Below are positions 39,032-49,485 of a stretch of 64,000 nucleotides of DNA, one piece after another (position 1 is the stretch's first letter; every line of letters begins with the position of its first letter). The translations under genes and the position numbers were made by a program. The stretch covers positions 14,995-78,994 of the forward strand of contig CALLAU010000056.1 in assembly GCA_938002015.1 (NCBI GenBank), in the 5' to 3' direction. The notes under the pieces are model-generated. The model made no database searches and was not told the DNA's origin. It worked only from the letters and a program-made list of their open reading frames with translations. Source of the DNA: an uncultured Bdellovibrionales bacterium. GTDB taxonomy: Bacteria > Bdellovibrionota > Bdellovibrionia > Bdellovibrionales > UBA1609.

Positions 39032-39935
39032 TTTTAGGCTGTTCCTTATTAAATAAAATATGATCTATAAACATATTCACTCTCTTCACTTTAGTTGCAC
39101 TTTTTAACAGTCTCGTTTTTACGAAATCCCCATGATCAGCATAAAAATCTATAACACATGAATTCTCATGTGTTACGCCTACAGGAAGTTGCTCTTTATA
39201 AAGAATAACACCATCGCTTCTTTCATTTAGATAATCTTTATAAAGCCCTCCCATATAGCGCATTCTCCAATTCATATCCGGCACTGACTTATATGATCTT
39301 ACAAAAATAAGCTTATTTAAAAGACCTTCCTCTTTTAAGGATTCATAGTTAAAATCTTTTTCTACTTTCAACTTTGAAAAATTATTAAATCTAAAAGAAA
39401 TAAACGAAAATTTTGCTATCCACCTATATGCTCTAAATAAAAAGCTTTTCTCTGCTACTTTCTCACCAGGCATTCCGTATGTAAGGTCATAAGAAGAAAC
39501 ACCCCTTAACGGACCTTGAAGTAAAATAACTTTATAAACCTTTTCTCTTATATCCTTATGCTTAATAAGCATATAAAGACTCTCTAAGGCACCTTTACTA
39601 TGTGAAAAAATAACAACTTTTTTTTTATTTTTAAAGCCAAGGATAGCTTTTTTTATTTTTAGAGCTGACTGATCAGGAACACTCACCGTAAAATTATTAA
39701 CTCTTTTAATTTGATTTCTTGGCACACCGATCTCTAAAAAATGCCTCTTATACTGTGTCATATAATAAGAAATCACCTCATTAAAAACACCTGGTGCAAT
39801 GATGTAGTTATAATCAGATGCTTTTTCTATTTTTTTACCCACAACAGGTAGACACTGCTTAAAGTCTACTCCTTCTCTAGCCTGTGCATTAAATACAAAA
39901 AAAAATAAAAGCTTAAATAACAGTACGTATCTCAT
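39021..39935 (-). CDS. Secreted alpha/beta hydrolase (lipase/acyltransferase-like)
   Basis: Signal peptide; APG, SHSKG nucleophile elbow, SDGVI, DHGD. Confidence 0.7.
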   Translation of the reverse strand: MRYVLLFKLLFFFVFNAQAREGVDFKQCLPVVGKKIEKASDYNYIIAPGVFNEVISYYMTQYKRHFLEIGVPRNQIKRVNNFTVSVPDQSALKIKKAILGFKNKKKVVIFSHSKGALESLYMLIKHKDIREKVYKVILLQGPLRGVSSYDLTYGMPGEKVAEKSFLFRAYRWIAKFSFISFRFNNFSKLKVEKDFNYESLKEEGLLNKLIFVRSYKSVPDMNWRMRYMGGLYKDYLNERSDGVILYKEQLPVGVTHENSCVIDFYADHGDFVKTRLLKSATKVKRVNMFIDHILFNKEQPKTTP

Positions 39936-39936
39936 A

Positions 39937-40911
39937 CTAGTTTGCTAAAACACTTATAAGCTCTGCTGTTTCATTCATATCATTTAAAATTTGTTTTAAC
40001 TGACTCCAAGGTTTAAAATAAATTTCTTCACTCTCATCAACGATTACAACCCCTGAGCCAATTAATTCTGAAGCCTTGCTTGCAAGTTTTGATGCCAAGA
40101 TTCTATCTGCTGCTGTTGGAGCCCCACCTCTTTGAAGGTGGCCAAGAACTAAAGCTCTTGTTTCTAAACCTAAGGCTTTTACTTTATCTCTTACATAAGA
40201 TGCTGCATCAAGTTTTGGATCTATACTCTCAAGTACAACAAGTAAACTTGTAAGCTTTCCCCTCTCGGCACTAGCTTTCACCCTGCTAAGTGCAGATTCT
40301 AAACTACCTTCTTTTGATAAATCCACCACACATTCAGCCCCTGCAGCTAAAGCTACATTGTTTGCTAAAAAGGCAGAGTTTCTACCCATCACTTCAATAA
40401 CAAAAGTTCTCTCATGAGAACCTGCCGTATCTCTTACTTTATCAATTGCAGAAACAGCTGTATTAGTCGCAGTATCAACACCTATACAATTTGAAGAGTA
40501 AATATAATCATTATCTATTGTGCAAGGTATACCTATGCACGTGATATCAGGAAATTCATTATCTAATAACTCTAAACCTTTTAAAGATCCATCACCACCA
40601 AGAACTATTAAAGTATCCACACTCTTTAGCTTTAAGTAATCATAGGCTTTTTTTCTTCCCTCTCTAGTTTTAAACTCTTCACATCTTGAAGTTTTTAAAA
40701 CCGTTCCACCTTTTTGAATATAGTTAGCAACGGACCTAAGACTCATTGGTATTGATTTTTGATCAATAAGACCTTGATAGCCCCGCTCAACACCGTACAC
40801 TTGATGACCTTTTGAAGTAAGTATTCTTACAAGTGCTCTAATAGCAGCGTTCATTCCAGGAGCATCACCACCACTTGTTAATAGTGCTATTTTTCTTCTT
40901 TTTTCTATCAT
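39937..40911 (-). CDS. pfkA: ATP-dependent 6-phosphofructokinase
   Basis: TSGGDAPGMNA, GGDGS, TIDND, EVMGR, LGHLQRGG. Confidence 0.94.
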   Translation of the reverse strand: MIEKRRKIALLTSGGDAPGMNAAIRALVRILTSKGHQVYGVERGYQGLIDQKSIPMSLRSVANYIQKGGTVLKTSRCEEFKTREGRKKAYDYLKLKSVDTLIVLGGDGSLKGLELLDNEFPDITCIGIPCTIDNDYIYSSNCIGVDTATNTAVSAIDKVRDTAGSHERTFVIEVMGRNSAFLANNVALAAGAECVVDLSKEGSLESALSRVKASAERGKLTSLLVVLESIDPKLDAASYVRDKVKALGLETRALVLGHLQRGGAPTAADRILASKLASKASELIGSGVVIVDESEEIYFKPWSQLKQILNDMNETAELISVLAN

Positions 40912-40950
40912 TTCTTAATTCTATTATAAGGAAACCATACTTAGAAGTAA

Positions 40951-41310
40951 TTACTTAACCTTAGGCCAAATACCAATTCTTTCATCATTAGTTTCTATAT
41001 ATCTTGAGACCTTAGTCATAACTTCTTCAAAATCTGCAGCTTTAGATTCTATAAAAAGCCATTTCTTAATTGCTTCATGCGCAGAAAAAGACGGGAATTC
41101 AGTAGTTAAAGACTCATGATGTTCATATCCTGTACAAAGTAAAATCCCATTCCAGTCCCATCTACCGCTCTTTGTTGGCTCAACTAAAATAAGCATTTGT
41201 CTACCATGAAGATAAATCGCTAAACCACCAAACATTCTTTTAGTTACAAATGTTGGATGCTCTGAGAAAGCATCAAAGACCCATTCATTTTGGAAAACTT
41301 TTTTAGGCAT
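40951..41310 (-). CDS. TfoX N-terminal-like protein
   Basis: KRMFGGLAIYLHG motif. Confidence 0.65.
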   Translation of the reverse strand: MPKKVFQNEWVFDAFSEHPTFVTKRMFGGLAIYLHGRQMLILVEPTKSGRWDWNGILLCTGYEHHESLTTEFPSFSAHEAIKKWLFIESKAADFEEVMTKVSRYIETNDERIGIWPKVK

Positions 41311-41316
41311 ATGTAA

Positions 41317-42021
41317 CTACTGAAATCTCTCTGTTTTTAAAAAGGATTCTACCTGTTTTTGGACAGTTCTATTGTTCATCGTAAAAGTGTGAGTCACATG
41401 CAAAACTATATGATCTTTCATGCCATCTACTTTAGTTCTGCTAACTGAAACCTTTCCATCATTAGGCTCATCAAAGTATCTTGAAAGAAAAAAGCTCTCT
41501 CTAGTTCCTGCTATAACACCAACAGGGTAATCAACCGGTCCAAGCTGATTAGGCACACTCATTTCATCAGTTCCAAGTTGCCTGCCTGCAGGCCCATTCC
41601 ACCAATTATAACCAATAACAGAGTCTTTTAGGTGATCTACAACTTCTGATCCTTTATTAGGAGGAGCAAGCATAACAACTCTACCTAAATTTTGAGGTAA
41701 CTCATGATTACTAAAGTAATAACGAAGCAGTATTCCACCCATTGAGTGAGTTACAAAATGTATTTTTTCATAACCACTACACATATTAATAGCTTCAGGA
41801 ATGTAGTTTTCTGCTAAGTATTCAATCTCATATGAAGTAGAAGGGTAGTCTAAATCTTTAGTCTCATACCCTGCTTTTTTTAACCTGTTTGCCATTAAAT
41901 TAAACGAGGTCGACGTTCTAGCTAAGCCATGAATAAGAACAACACATTCTTTAGCCATAACTTGAACACTTCCTAAAATAAAAACTAAAAAGACTAAATA
42001 TCCCATACCCCAAATCAACAT
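41317..42021 (-). CDS. Secreted alpha/beta-fold lipase/esterase
   Basis: LIHGL, FVTHSMGG, APPNKGS, NDGKV, HTF. Confidence 0.85.
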   Translation of the reverse strand: MLIWGMGYLVFLVFILGSVQVMAKECVVLIHGLARTSTSFNLMANRLKKAGYETKDLDYPSTSYEIEYLAENYIPEAINMCSGYEKIHFVTHSMGGILLRYYFSNHELPQNLGRVVMLAPPNKGSEVVDHLKDSVIGYNWWNGPAGRQLGTDEMSVPNQLGPVDYPVGVIAGTRESFFLSRYFDEPNDGKVSVSRTKVDGMKDHIVLHVTHTFTMNNRTVQKQVESFLKTERFQ

Positions 42022-42271
42022 AGTCTCTGCAAATTTTATATTACAGGCCTTATGCTCTGCATTCTGTAAAGAGCCTCTAATTACATCAAAGCATTAATAA
42101 CAAAGGCTTTAAGAGAAAGCACAAGTACACTCCAGCTCCCCTAAAGATAGTCATGATTTAATACGAAGAACTTCTAAAGCAAACAGGTACAGCCCAAAGA
42201 AATTACATATAATGAGTGAACAGTTATTTTGACAGCTTAAGAATCGCTTATGATCACTATGATTTTTAAAA

Positions 42272-42347
42272 TGGTAGGAGATGCCGGGGTCGAACCGACG
42301 ACATCCACCTTGTAAGGGTGGCGCTCTACCAACTGAGCTAATCTCCT
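42272..42347 (-). tRNA. tRNA-Val(TAC)
   Basis: Reverse complement AGGAGATTAGCTCAGTTGGTAGAGCGCCACCCTTACAAGGTGGATGTCGTCGGTTCGACCCCGGCATCTCCTACCA folds as a 76-nt cloverleaf with encoded CCA. Confidence 0.96.
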
Positions 42348-42370
42348 ACAGAACGAAATAGTTTTTTAAT

Positions 42371-42398
42371 AAAAAAAAAGCCCCTTGTCGAGGCTTTT
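42371..42398 (-). terminator. Intrinsic terminator after 42426..42911, overlapping a possible sigma70 promoter for tRNA-Val
   Basis: Minus strand AAAAGCC..GGCT followed by a T run; TCGACA-17-TAAAAA embedded. Confidence 0.55.
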
Positions 42399-42425
42399 GT
42401 TACTTATTTTAAAACTAATTAATGA

Positions 42426-42911
42426 TCAGAATTTACAGATACTGCTTCGCGATTCAACATGAAATGACATCCTATCAGCTACTTCAAGGCTGTCAGTTCC
42501 ATCTAAAATCATTATGGCAGGAATTTGTTCATACTTTCCACAATTTTTAGAAAAATTATGAACATTTGTTAAATAACCAAAATAAAGCTTCTTCATCTCA
42601 AAAGAGCCATCTTCGTCTTTAATTGAGAGCCAGTAATGCTCTTTTGAGTGAGCCACCCAAGCCACACCTCTTCTTACCTCGTTAGTGCTTGAGTCGATCT
42701 CTTCATAAATAAATATTGGCATCCCCCAATACTCTCTGTCTGTAGCTTCTAGGCTTACCATGGAAGCATCACTACCCCACATCCCTTCTAAACCAACTAC
42801 TTTACCATCTTTTAATGGAAATGGTGAAAAATCATAATCCACACCATCTGGACCAACTGCAAAAGATAAACTTCCTAATAATAAAATCAAACCAACTAAT
42901 AAACTTTTCAT
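42426..42911 (-). CDS. Hypothetical secreted protein
   Basis: MKSLL...SFA signal peptide; purine-rich SD. Confidence 0.7.
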   Translation of the reverse strand: MKSLLVGLILLLGSLSFAVGPDGVDYDFSPFPLKDGKVVGLEGMWGSDASMVSLEATDREYWGMPIFIYEEIDSSTNEVRRGVAWVAHSKEHYWLSIKDEDGSFEMKKLYFGYLTNVHNFSKNCGKYEQIPAIMILDGTDSLEVADRMSFHVESRSSICKF

Positions 42912-42937
42912 AATTTTCTCTTTCCCCTCTTCTTCAT

Positions 42938-44050
42938 CTAGTCCGTAATAACAACATTCGCATCTGGATTTAGTGTGTAACCTTCTTTTGATCTTAAAAT
43001 ATATGTTGGCCTTTTTGGATTTGGCTCTAAAAGTTTTCTTAGCCTCCTAATAGTTACATATATTTTATTATCGTGTTGTGTTGGATCGTAGTCTTGATCC
43101 CATACAAACCTTGCTAGATCGTCTTTATTTAAAGTTAAGCCCTGTCTTCTAACAAACTCACCTAAAAGCTCGATTAAAATAAACTGATTATTTACAGGAA
43201 CCTCACCTTTAGAAGTTTCCCAAATTGTATGGTCTTTTTTTCTGATAAGAATATCTGGAGTTTTTTGTTTTTCAGATTCAAAAAGCTCTTTTACTCTCAT
43301 TAAAAGCTTATATGACCTGACATGCTCATCTTTTCGAATACTTTTTTCAGCCATCTTAAAATAAGTTTTAGCCATTTCAACTTTACCCATTTTAAGAAGC
43401 ACTCTTGAAAATTGAATAAGAACATAAGAGTTAATAAAAGCAACACTTCTTGTTTGCTTAGAAGTCTCATAAGACTTCCAAAGACTTTCTAAACTCTCAT
43501 CTAAGTTTTCTTGCTCTAAATAAATATCAGATTCAGCTAAAGATAATGAAGTTGCCACTTCAGGAATATCTAAAGACTCTAAAAACAATTTTAAATTCTC
43601 TGCCACAGCAAATGAGGTTGAGAAATCTTTCCTGTTTTTATACCAAATCATTTTACCGCAAAGAGCAAAACACATGTCTTCTTTATTACTTTCAGTAAGT
43701 GCAACATTTAAGGCTTGTTCGAAAAACTTTAAAGACTTTTCATATTCACCTTCAATTTCAGCGCACACTCCTAGAGTGTAATAAAGCCTTGAAGACATTT
43801 CTACGTCTTCTCTTAGAATGAAATCTTTAAGCTCATTTTTTATCTGCTTTACTTTTTCCCAGTCTTCTTTTTCTATATAAATTCTTAAAAGACGATAAGA
43901 GACATCAAAGTAACTTCTGATCTTATTGCGAGTTAGAAAAAAGTGCCTTGCTTCAATAAGATAAGGTTCTGCAGCATTAAGCTCCCCTTTTTCATAATGA
44001 AGTCTGCCTAGTTCACACAAACTAGCCGAGCTATCTACCATTGCGAGCAT
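42938..44050 (-). CDS. TPR-containing transcriptional regulator with C-terminal OmpR/PhoB-type winged helix
   Basis: TPR-like helices; FVW...YD...DNKIYVTIRRLRKLLEPNPKRPTYI....GY; no receiver domain. Confidence 0.8.
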   Translation of the reverse strand: MLAMVDSSASLCELGRLHYEKGELNAAEPYLIEARHFFLTRNKIRSYFDVSYRLLRIYIEKEDWEKVKQIKNELKDFILREDVEMSSRLYYTLGVCAEIEGEYEKSLKFFEQALNVALTESNKEDMCFALCGKMIWYKNRKDFSTSFAVAENLKLFLESLDIPEVATSLSLAESDIYLEQENLDESLESLWKSYETSKQTRSVAFINSYVLIQFSRVLLKMGKVEMAKTYFKMAEKSIRKDEHVRSYKLLMRVKELFESEKQKTPDILIRKKDHTIWETSKGEVPVNNQFILIELLGEFVRRQGLTLNKDDLARFVWDQDYDPTQHDNKIYVTIRRLRKLLEPNPKRPTYILRSKEGYTLNPDANVVITD

Positions 44051-44286
44051 AATCCCCCTTCTGCCCTAAACAATGTATAAACAGCCGTATCCCCCCAGCG
44101 GCTTATACAAATTTTTCAACAAACTCTCAAAAAATAGCCTTTTGGTCAAAACAATGATTCTTCGAACTGCTATAAGCTATTCTTAGACCAAAGACCTAAT
44201 TCGCCCAAATAAGACTCATTAGCAGCACCAAAAGCATTTATTTTAAGCTTTCAAGGTCTCTAAGGTCAGACTTGCGACCTAAAGTG

Positions 44287-44364
44287 TGACTATATTTGTC
44301 CACTGTCCATAAAAAGGACAGCCAGAAAAGCTTAGAACCGATCTACATGTGCATATTTAGTGCA
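44287..44364 (+). promoter_or_regulatory. TGAC-N7-GTCC palindrome plus degenerate sigma54-like GCAT-N6-TGCA element
   Basis: Same architecture and spacing as at 26005..26082. Confidence 0.4.
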
Positions 44365-44393
44365 GCACCATCAAAACTAAGGGAGTTCATACT

Positions 44394-44666
44394 ATGAAAT
44401 TAATAAGCGTTCTAATAATCTTAAGTTTTTCACTTAATGCACTTGCAGCTTCAATGCATGAAGGCACATCGAAGTATCAAACTGGAGCCACCAATACACT
44501 TACCAAGGAAGCTAGGGATAGAGCTCTTGGCTCTCTAATAAATAAGCTCTATGAAGAAAATTGTAATACATCAGCAGAAAGTTTTGATGTTACTGATGTC
44601 GATTATGGTTACCACAAAGATGGGCCAGAATATGTTTCATTATATGTAACTGGTATTTGTAAATAA
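44394..44666 (+). CDS. Small secreted hypothetical protein
   Basis: AGGGAG SD; signal peptide ending ALA; two Cys. Confidence 0.7.
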   Translation: MKLISVLIILSFSLNALAASMHEGTSKYQTGATNTLTKEARDRALGSLINKLYEENCNTSAESFDVTDVDYGYHKDGPEYVSLYVTGICK

Positions 44667-44674
44667 GAAATAAC

Positions 44675-44702
44675 AAAAAGCCACTTATTAAAAGTGGCTT
44701 TT
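44675..44702. terminator. Bidirectional intrinsic terminator
   Basis: AAAAAGCCACTT-ATTA-AAAGTGGCTTTT between convergent genes. Confidence 0.8.
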
Positions 44703-44739
44703 CTCTTTAAATATTAGGTTCTAAATTTAAGTTATATTC

Positions 44740-47199
44740 TTAATGGGCTGTTTCTTGTTTAGAATGACCTGTATACTGAGGTTTAATCCCAGAAGCCGAA
44801 TCTCCTCTATGCTTAAAGATTTCTTTTGCACCTTTAACAGCAAGAGCATTTACAAGAACCTGATCCACATGATCTACCATGATGAATTCTAAATCATCTT
44901 TTACATCTTGTGGGATATCAGTTAAATCTTTCTCATTCTCTTTTGGAATAATCACTCGCTTAATTCCACCACGGTGAGCTGCAAGAACTTTTTCTTTTAA
45001 ACCACCAATAGCAAGCACTCGTCCTCGAAGAGTTACCTCCCCAGTCATTGCCACAGTCTTTTGAACTGGGATTTTAAGCATTGCCGAAACTATACTTGTT
45101 GTTAAGGCTATACCTGCAGAAGGACCATCTTTTGGAATAGCTCCTTCAGGCGCATGTATATGAACATCAAAATTAGAGAAGTACTCTTTATCTAAACCAA
45201 AAAGTGGTCCTCTAGATCTGACATAAGAAAGAGCTGCGGTGCACGATTCTTTCATCACATCTCCAAGTTGACCTGTAATCGTAAACTTACCACGACCTGG
45301 AACTACAGAAACTTCAATAACAAGAAGGTCTCCACCAACTTGTGTCCAAGCAAGTCCATTAGTTAGACCGATTTCATCAACTTTCTCAATTTTTCCATGA
45401 CTGTATTTAACCGGACCTAAAAGTTCTTTAAGCTTTTTAGGAGTTACTTTTCTTTGCTTCTTAGCAACTTTGGCATCTTTTCTTTTTGCAGCAAGCTCTT
45501 CTTCAACTATTTCTCTAGCAAGCTTTCTGCAAAGTGTACCGATAGTTCGCTCTAATGTTCTTACTCCCGCTTCTTTCGTATAATCTGAAATAAGTGACAT
45601 CATAGCAGCATCATTTATTTGAACATTATAATCTGTTAAACCGTGACGCTTGATTTGCTTTGGAGCTAAATATGTTTTTGCAATTTCTAACTTCTCTCTA
45701 TCGATATAACCTTGAAGATCAATGACTTCCATTCTATCAAGTAGTGGTCTTGGAATCGGATGAAGAGAGTTAGCAGTAGTAAAGAACATAACTTTTGATA
45801 AGTCATAATCAACTTCTAGGTAGTGATCTTGAAAAGTTGCATTCTGTTCTGGATCTAAAACCTCTAAGAGTGCTGCTGATGGGTCACCTTTAAAGTCATT
45901 ACTCATTTTATCAATTTCATCTAATAAAATAAGTGGATTAGCTGTTTCACATTTTCTAAGAGATTGAATGATTCTTCCAGGAAGAGCACCAACATATGTT
46001 CTTCTATGCCCTCTAATCTCTGATTCATCTCTAACACCACCTAAAGAGATACGAGCAAATTCTCTATTTAAAGCTTTTGCAATTGATCTTCCAAGAGATG
46101 TTTTACCAACTCCTGGAGGTCCTACTAAACAAAGTATTGGGCCCATGTTATCAGTTGCAAGAGTTTGAACAGCTAAGTGCTCTAAGATCCTATCTTTAAC
46201 TTTCTCTAGCCCCCAATGATCTGAATCAAGTACTGCTTTTGCTTTATCAAGATCTAGAGTCTCATTTCTATAAGATCCCCAAGGAAGAGAGACTAACCAG
46301 TCAATATAGTTTCTTACTACTGCAGCTTCTGCACTCATTGGCGACATCATACGAAGTTTTTTAATTTCTTTTTCTAAAACCTTCTTAGCGTCTTTAGACA
46401 TTTTTTTGTCTTTAGCTTTTTCAATTAGCTCATCTAGCTCGGCTTGAAAGTCATCTTTATCACCAAGTTCTTTTTGAATGGCCTGCATTTGCTCATTTAA
46501 GTAATACTCTTTTTGCGAGCGCTCCATTTGTTTTTTAACGCGACCCCTAATTCTCTTTTCAACCTCTAAGATCTCAATCTCACCAGTCATAAGATTTAAA
46601 AGTTCTTCTAACCTTTTTCCAGGGTCATTAAGCTCTAAGAGTCTTTGCTTATCTTCAATTTTTAAATTGAGCTGGGCTACAACTATATCAGCTAGCTCAG
46701 AAGAGTTTTCGATTGAAGAAACTCTCATAAGAATTTCAGGTGGAATTCTTTTGTTAAGCTTTACATAGTTTTCAAAAGTTGCCTTTACAGATCTTACTAA
46801 AGCTTGGGCCTCTAAAGGGTTTTTCTCACTTTCATCAAGTAGAGTTCCTTTAGCTGTAAAAAATCTTTCATCGTCTACATACTCATCAATATTGATCCTG
46901 TTTTTTCCCTCTACTAAAACTTTTACAGTTCCATCTGGCAACCTAAGAAGTTGAATAATAGAGCCAACAGTACCAACTTTATAGATGTCTTCAGGCCCAG
47001 GACTGTTTGTTTTAGCGTCTTTTTGCGCAACAAGAATAATATCCGACTGTTGAGTCATAGCTTCTTCAAGTGCTCTAATGCTTCTGTCTCTTCCTACAAA
47101 AAGAGGCATCATCATATGAGGAAATATTATTAAATCTCTCAGTGGTAATAACGGAAGCGTTACCACTTTTCCTGTCTCATCATTTTTTTTATCGGACAT
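44740..47199 (-). CDS. lon: Lon protease
   Basis: [38 protein letters not shown]. Confidence 0.97.
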   Translation of the reverse strand: MSDKKNDETGKVVTLPLLPLRDLIIFPHMMMPLFVGRDRSIRALEEAMTQQSDIILVAQKDAKTNSPGPEDIYKVGTVGSIIQLLRLPDGTVKVLVEGKNRINIDEYVDDERFFTAKGTLLDESEKNPLEAQALVRSVKATFENYVKLNKRIPPEILMRVSSIENSSELADIVVAQLNLKIEDKQRLLELNDPGKRLEELLNLMTGEIEILEVEKRIRGRVKKQMERSQKEYYLNEQMQAIQKELGDKDDFQAELDELIEKAKDKKMSKDAKKVLEKEIKKLRMMSPMSAEAAVVRNYIDWLVSLPWGSYRNETLDLDKAKAVLDSDHWGLEKVKDRILEHLAVQTLATDNMGPILCLVGPPGVGKTSLGRSIAKALNREFARISLGGVRDESEIRGHRRTYVGALPGRIIQSLRKCETANPLILLDEIDKMSNDFKGDPSAALLEVLDPEQNATFQDHYLEVDYDLSKVMFFTTANSLHPIPRPLLDRMEVIDLQGYIDREKLEIAKTYLAPKQIKRHGLTDYNVQINDAAMMSLISDYTKEAGVRTLERTIGTLCRKLAREIVEEELAAKRKDAKVAKKQRKVTPKKLKELLGPVKYSHGKIEKVDEIGLTNGLAWTQVGGDLLVIEVSVVPGRGKFTITGQLGDVMKESCTAALSYVRSRGPLFGLDKEYFSNFDVHIHAPEGAIPKDGPSAGIALTTSIVSAMLKIPVQKTVAMTGEVTLRGRVLAIGGLKEKVLAAHRGGIKRVIIPKENEKDLTDIPQDVKDDLEFIMVDHVDQVLVNALAVKGAKEIFKHRGDSASGIKPQYTGHSKQETAH

Positions 47200-47266
47200 A
47201 TTCCCTCCTTCTAAGAATTTATTTTAGAGGGAATTTTTTTTGTTGATTAGACTCTTACGTTTTACC

Positions 47267-48580
47267 TTAAGCACTTTCTGCTGAAGATTCTGAATCGTCT
47301 GATGAATCACTATCATCTTTCTTTTCGCCATCTTCCGTTTTCTTAGAGGAACGGTAAGCCAACTTAGGAGATTCCCCTCTAAGGATAACTCCTTCATCTA
47401 TTATAACAGCCTTAACGTTTGGATTGGAAGGAATTTCGTACATTATGTCTAGCATTGCTGTTTCTATAACCCCTCGAAGTCCCCTTGCACCTGTATCACG
47501 ACGAATCGCTTCTTCAGCAATTGCCTCTAAAGCGTCGTCAGTGAATGTGAGATCAATATCTTCATACTCAAACAATTTCTTATACTGCTTAGAAAGAGCA
47601 TTTTTAGGCTCGACTAAAATATTGATTAAGGTTTTCTTATCTAAAGGTTCAAGTGTTGCAATAGCCGGAAGTCTTCCAATAAATTCTGGTATCAATCCGA
47701 AACGCGCTAAATCCTTAGGCTCTAATTTGGTTAAACCACTACCAGTATCTGCAAGTTTTTCTTCTTTTGTTTTAATTTCAGCAGCAATACCTAAAGACTT
47801 TGAAGAAACTCTATCTTCAATAAGCTTATCAAGACCAACAAACGCACCACCAACGATGAATAAAATATTTGTTGTATCTACTTGAATAAACTCTTGTTGA
47901 GGATGTTTTCTTCCACCTTTTGGGGGAAGGTTAGCAACTGTTCCTTCTAAAATCTTTAAGAGTGCTTGCTGAACACCCTCACCACTTACATCTCTTGTAA
48001 TGGATGGATTTTCAGATTTTCTTGTAATTTTATCAATCTCATCAATATAAATAACACCTTTTTGTGCACGCTCTACATCATAGTCTGAAGCTTGAAGTAG
48101 GCTTAAAATAACGTTTTCAACGTCTTCACCTACATAACCAGCTTCCGTGAGTGATGTCGCATCAGCCATAGCAAAAGGAACATTTAAAATTTTAGCAATC
48201 GTTTGAGCTAAAAGTGTTTTACCTGAACCTGTAGGCCCAATGAGTAAGATATTACTTTTTGCAATCTCTACACCATCTGCATCAAGTTTAGAGTTTACTC
48301 TTTTATAATGATTATGAACTGCAACTGATAGAGTTTTTTTCGCTCTCCTTTGTCCTATTACATAATCATTTAATCGATCCATAATTTCTTGAGGCTTAGG
48401 AACTTTAAGTTGTCCCGTTGCTTGAATCTCTTTTGATTGCTCTTCTGTAATAATATCGTTGCATAAGTCTATGCACTCATCACAAATATATACACCAGGT
48501 CCGGCTATAAGTTTTTTAACTTCTTTTTGGCTTTTACCGCAGAAACTACAATGAAGTGATGATTTATCTTTTTGGCTCAT
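47267..48580 (-). CDS. clpX: ClpX ATPase
   Basis: CSFCGK zinc-binding domain, [28 protein letters not shown]. Confidence 0.97.
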   Translation of the reverse strand: MSQKDKSSLHCSFCGKSQKEVKKLIAGPGVYICDECIDLCNDIITEEQSKEIQATGQLKVPKPQEIMDRLNDYVIGQRRAKKTLSVAVHNHYKRVNSKLDADGVEIAKSNILLIGPTGSGKTLLAQTIAKILNVPFAMADATSLTEAGYVGEDVENVILSLLQASDYDVERAQKGVIYIDEIDKITRKSENPSITRDVSGEGVQQALLKILEGTVANLPPKGGRKHPQQEFIQVDTTNILFIVGGAFVGLDKLIEDRVSSKSLGIAAEIKTKEEKLADTGSGLTKLEPKDLARFGLIPEFIGRLPAIATLEPLDKKTLINILVEPKNALSKQYKKLFEYEDIDLTFTDDALEAIAEEAIRRDTGARGLRGVIETAMLDIMYEIPSNPNVKAVIIDEGVILRGESPKLAYRSSKKTEDGEKKDDSDSSDDSESSAESA

Positions 48581-48651
48581 TTACTTACCTATTTTCTTTT
48601 AAGTTTAAACATTTCATTTACAGTACTTAATAAACTAACATTTTTGTTAAT

Positions 48652-49266
48652 TTATTTTTTATCTTTACTAATTTTCTTTCTAAATTCTACAACATGATCC
48701 ACTAAACCAAAATCTTTAGCCGCTTCAGCACTCATAAAATTATCTCTGTCCATACTCTTATCAAGCTCATCATATGACTTGCCTGTATGAGTAACATAAA
48801 TATCAGTTAATTTCTTTTTTATGTAGAGCATTTCCTTAGCATGAATCTCAATATCACTTGCCTGACCCGATATACCATGCCCCCCAATAAGTGGCTGGTG
48901 AATCATCACTCTTGAGTTTGGAAGAGCGTACCTTTTACCAGCAGTTCCTGCTGAAAGCAGAAGGGAGCCCATACTTGCAGCTTGTCCCAAGCAGTATGTT
49001 CTTATATCGCATTTCACAAATTGCATAACATCATATATTGCTAAACCAGCAGTTACACTTCCACCAGGAGAGTTGATATAAATGTGGATGTCTTTTTCAG
49101 GATTTTCCATCTCAAGAAAGAAAAGCTGAGCAATTATGCTATTAGCTAAATCATCAGTAACTTGGGTACCAAGCATAATGATTCTGTCTTTTAAAAGCCT
49201 TGAATAGATATCATAGCTTCTTTCACCACGTGGAGTTTGTTCGATTACAACAGGAACTAAGGCCAT
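48652..49266 (-). CDS. clpP: ClpP protease proteolytic subunit
   Basis: [25 protein letters not shown]. Confidence 0.97.
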   Translation of the reverse strand: MALVPVVIEQTPRGERSYDIYSRLLKDRIIMLGTQVTDDLANSIIAQLFFLEMENPEKDIHIYINSPGGSVTAGLAIYDVMQFVKCDIRTYCLGQAASMGSLLLSAGTAGKRYALPNSRVMIHQPLIGGHGISGQASDIEIHAKEMLYIKKKLTDIYVTHTGKSYDELDKSMDRDNFMSAEAAKDFGLVDHVVEFRKKISKDKK

Positions 49267-49485
49267 TAAATGAACCCCTTTCTTTTGTGAGTTAGTTCAA
49301 TTTATTTCTCTATGCTTATCTATCGACACTTTCTACCCTAACTTTGACTAGACAAGAGTCGGCTTTTAAGCACGCTTCATCAATAATAATGGGACCGATT
49401 TGTATAAAAGCAAGTTGACTAAAGGCTTTTGTGATACTTAAGTCATTTATTACGCAACAGTTTTTAGCCTTTAAAAGGAGCAATT

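Noticed and set aside
42022-42347. Possible genomic island integrated at tRNA-Val
   Set aside because: No integrase and no duplicated tRNA 3' end seen; flanking genes include core pfkA.
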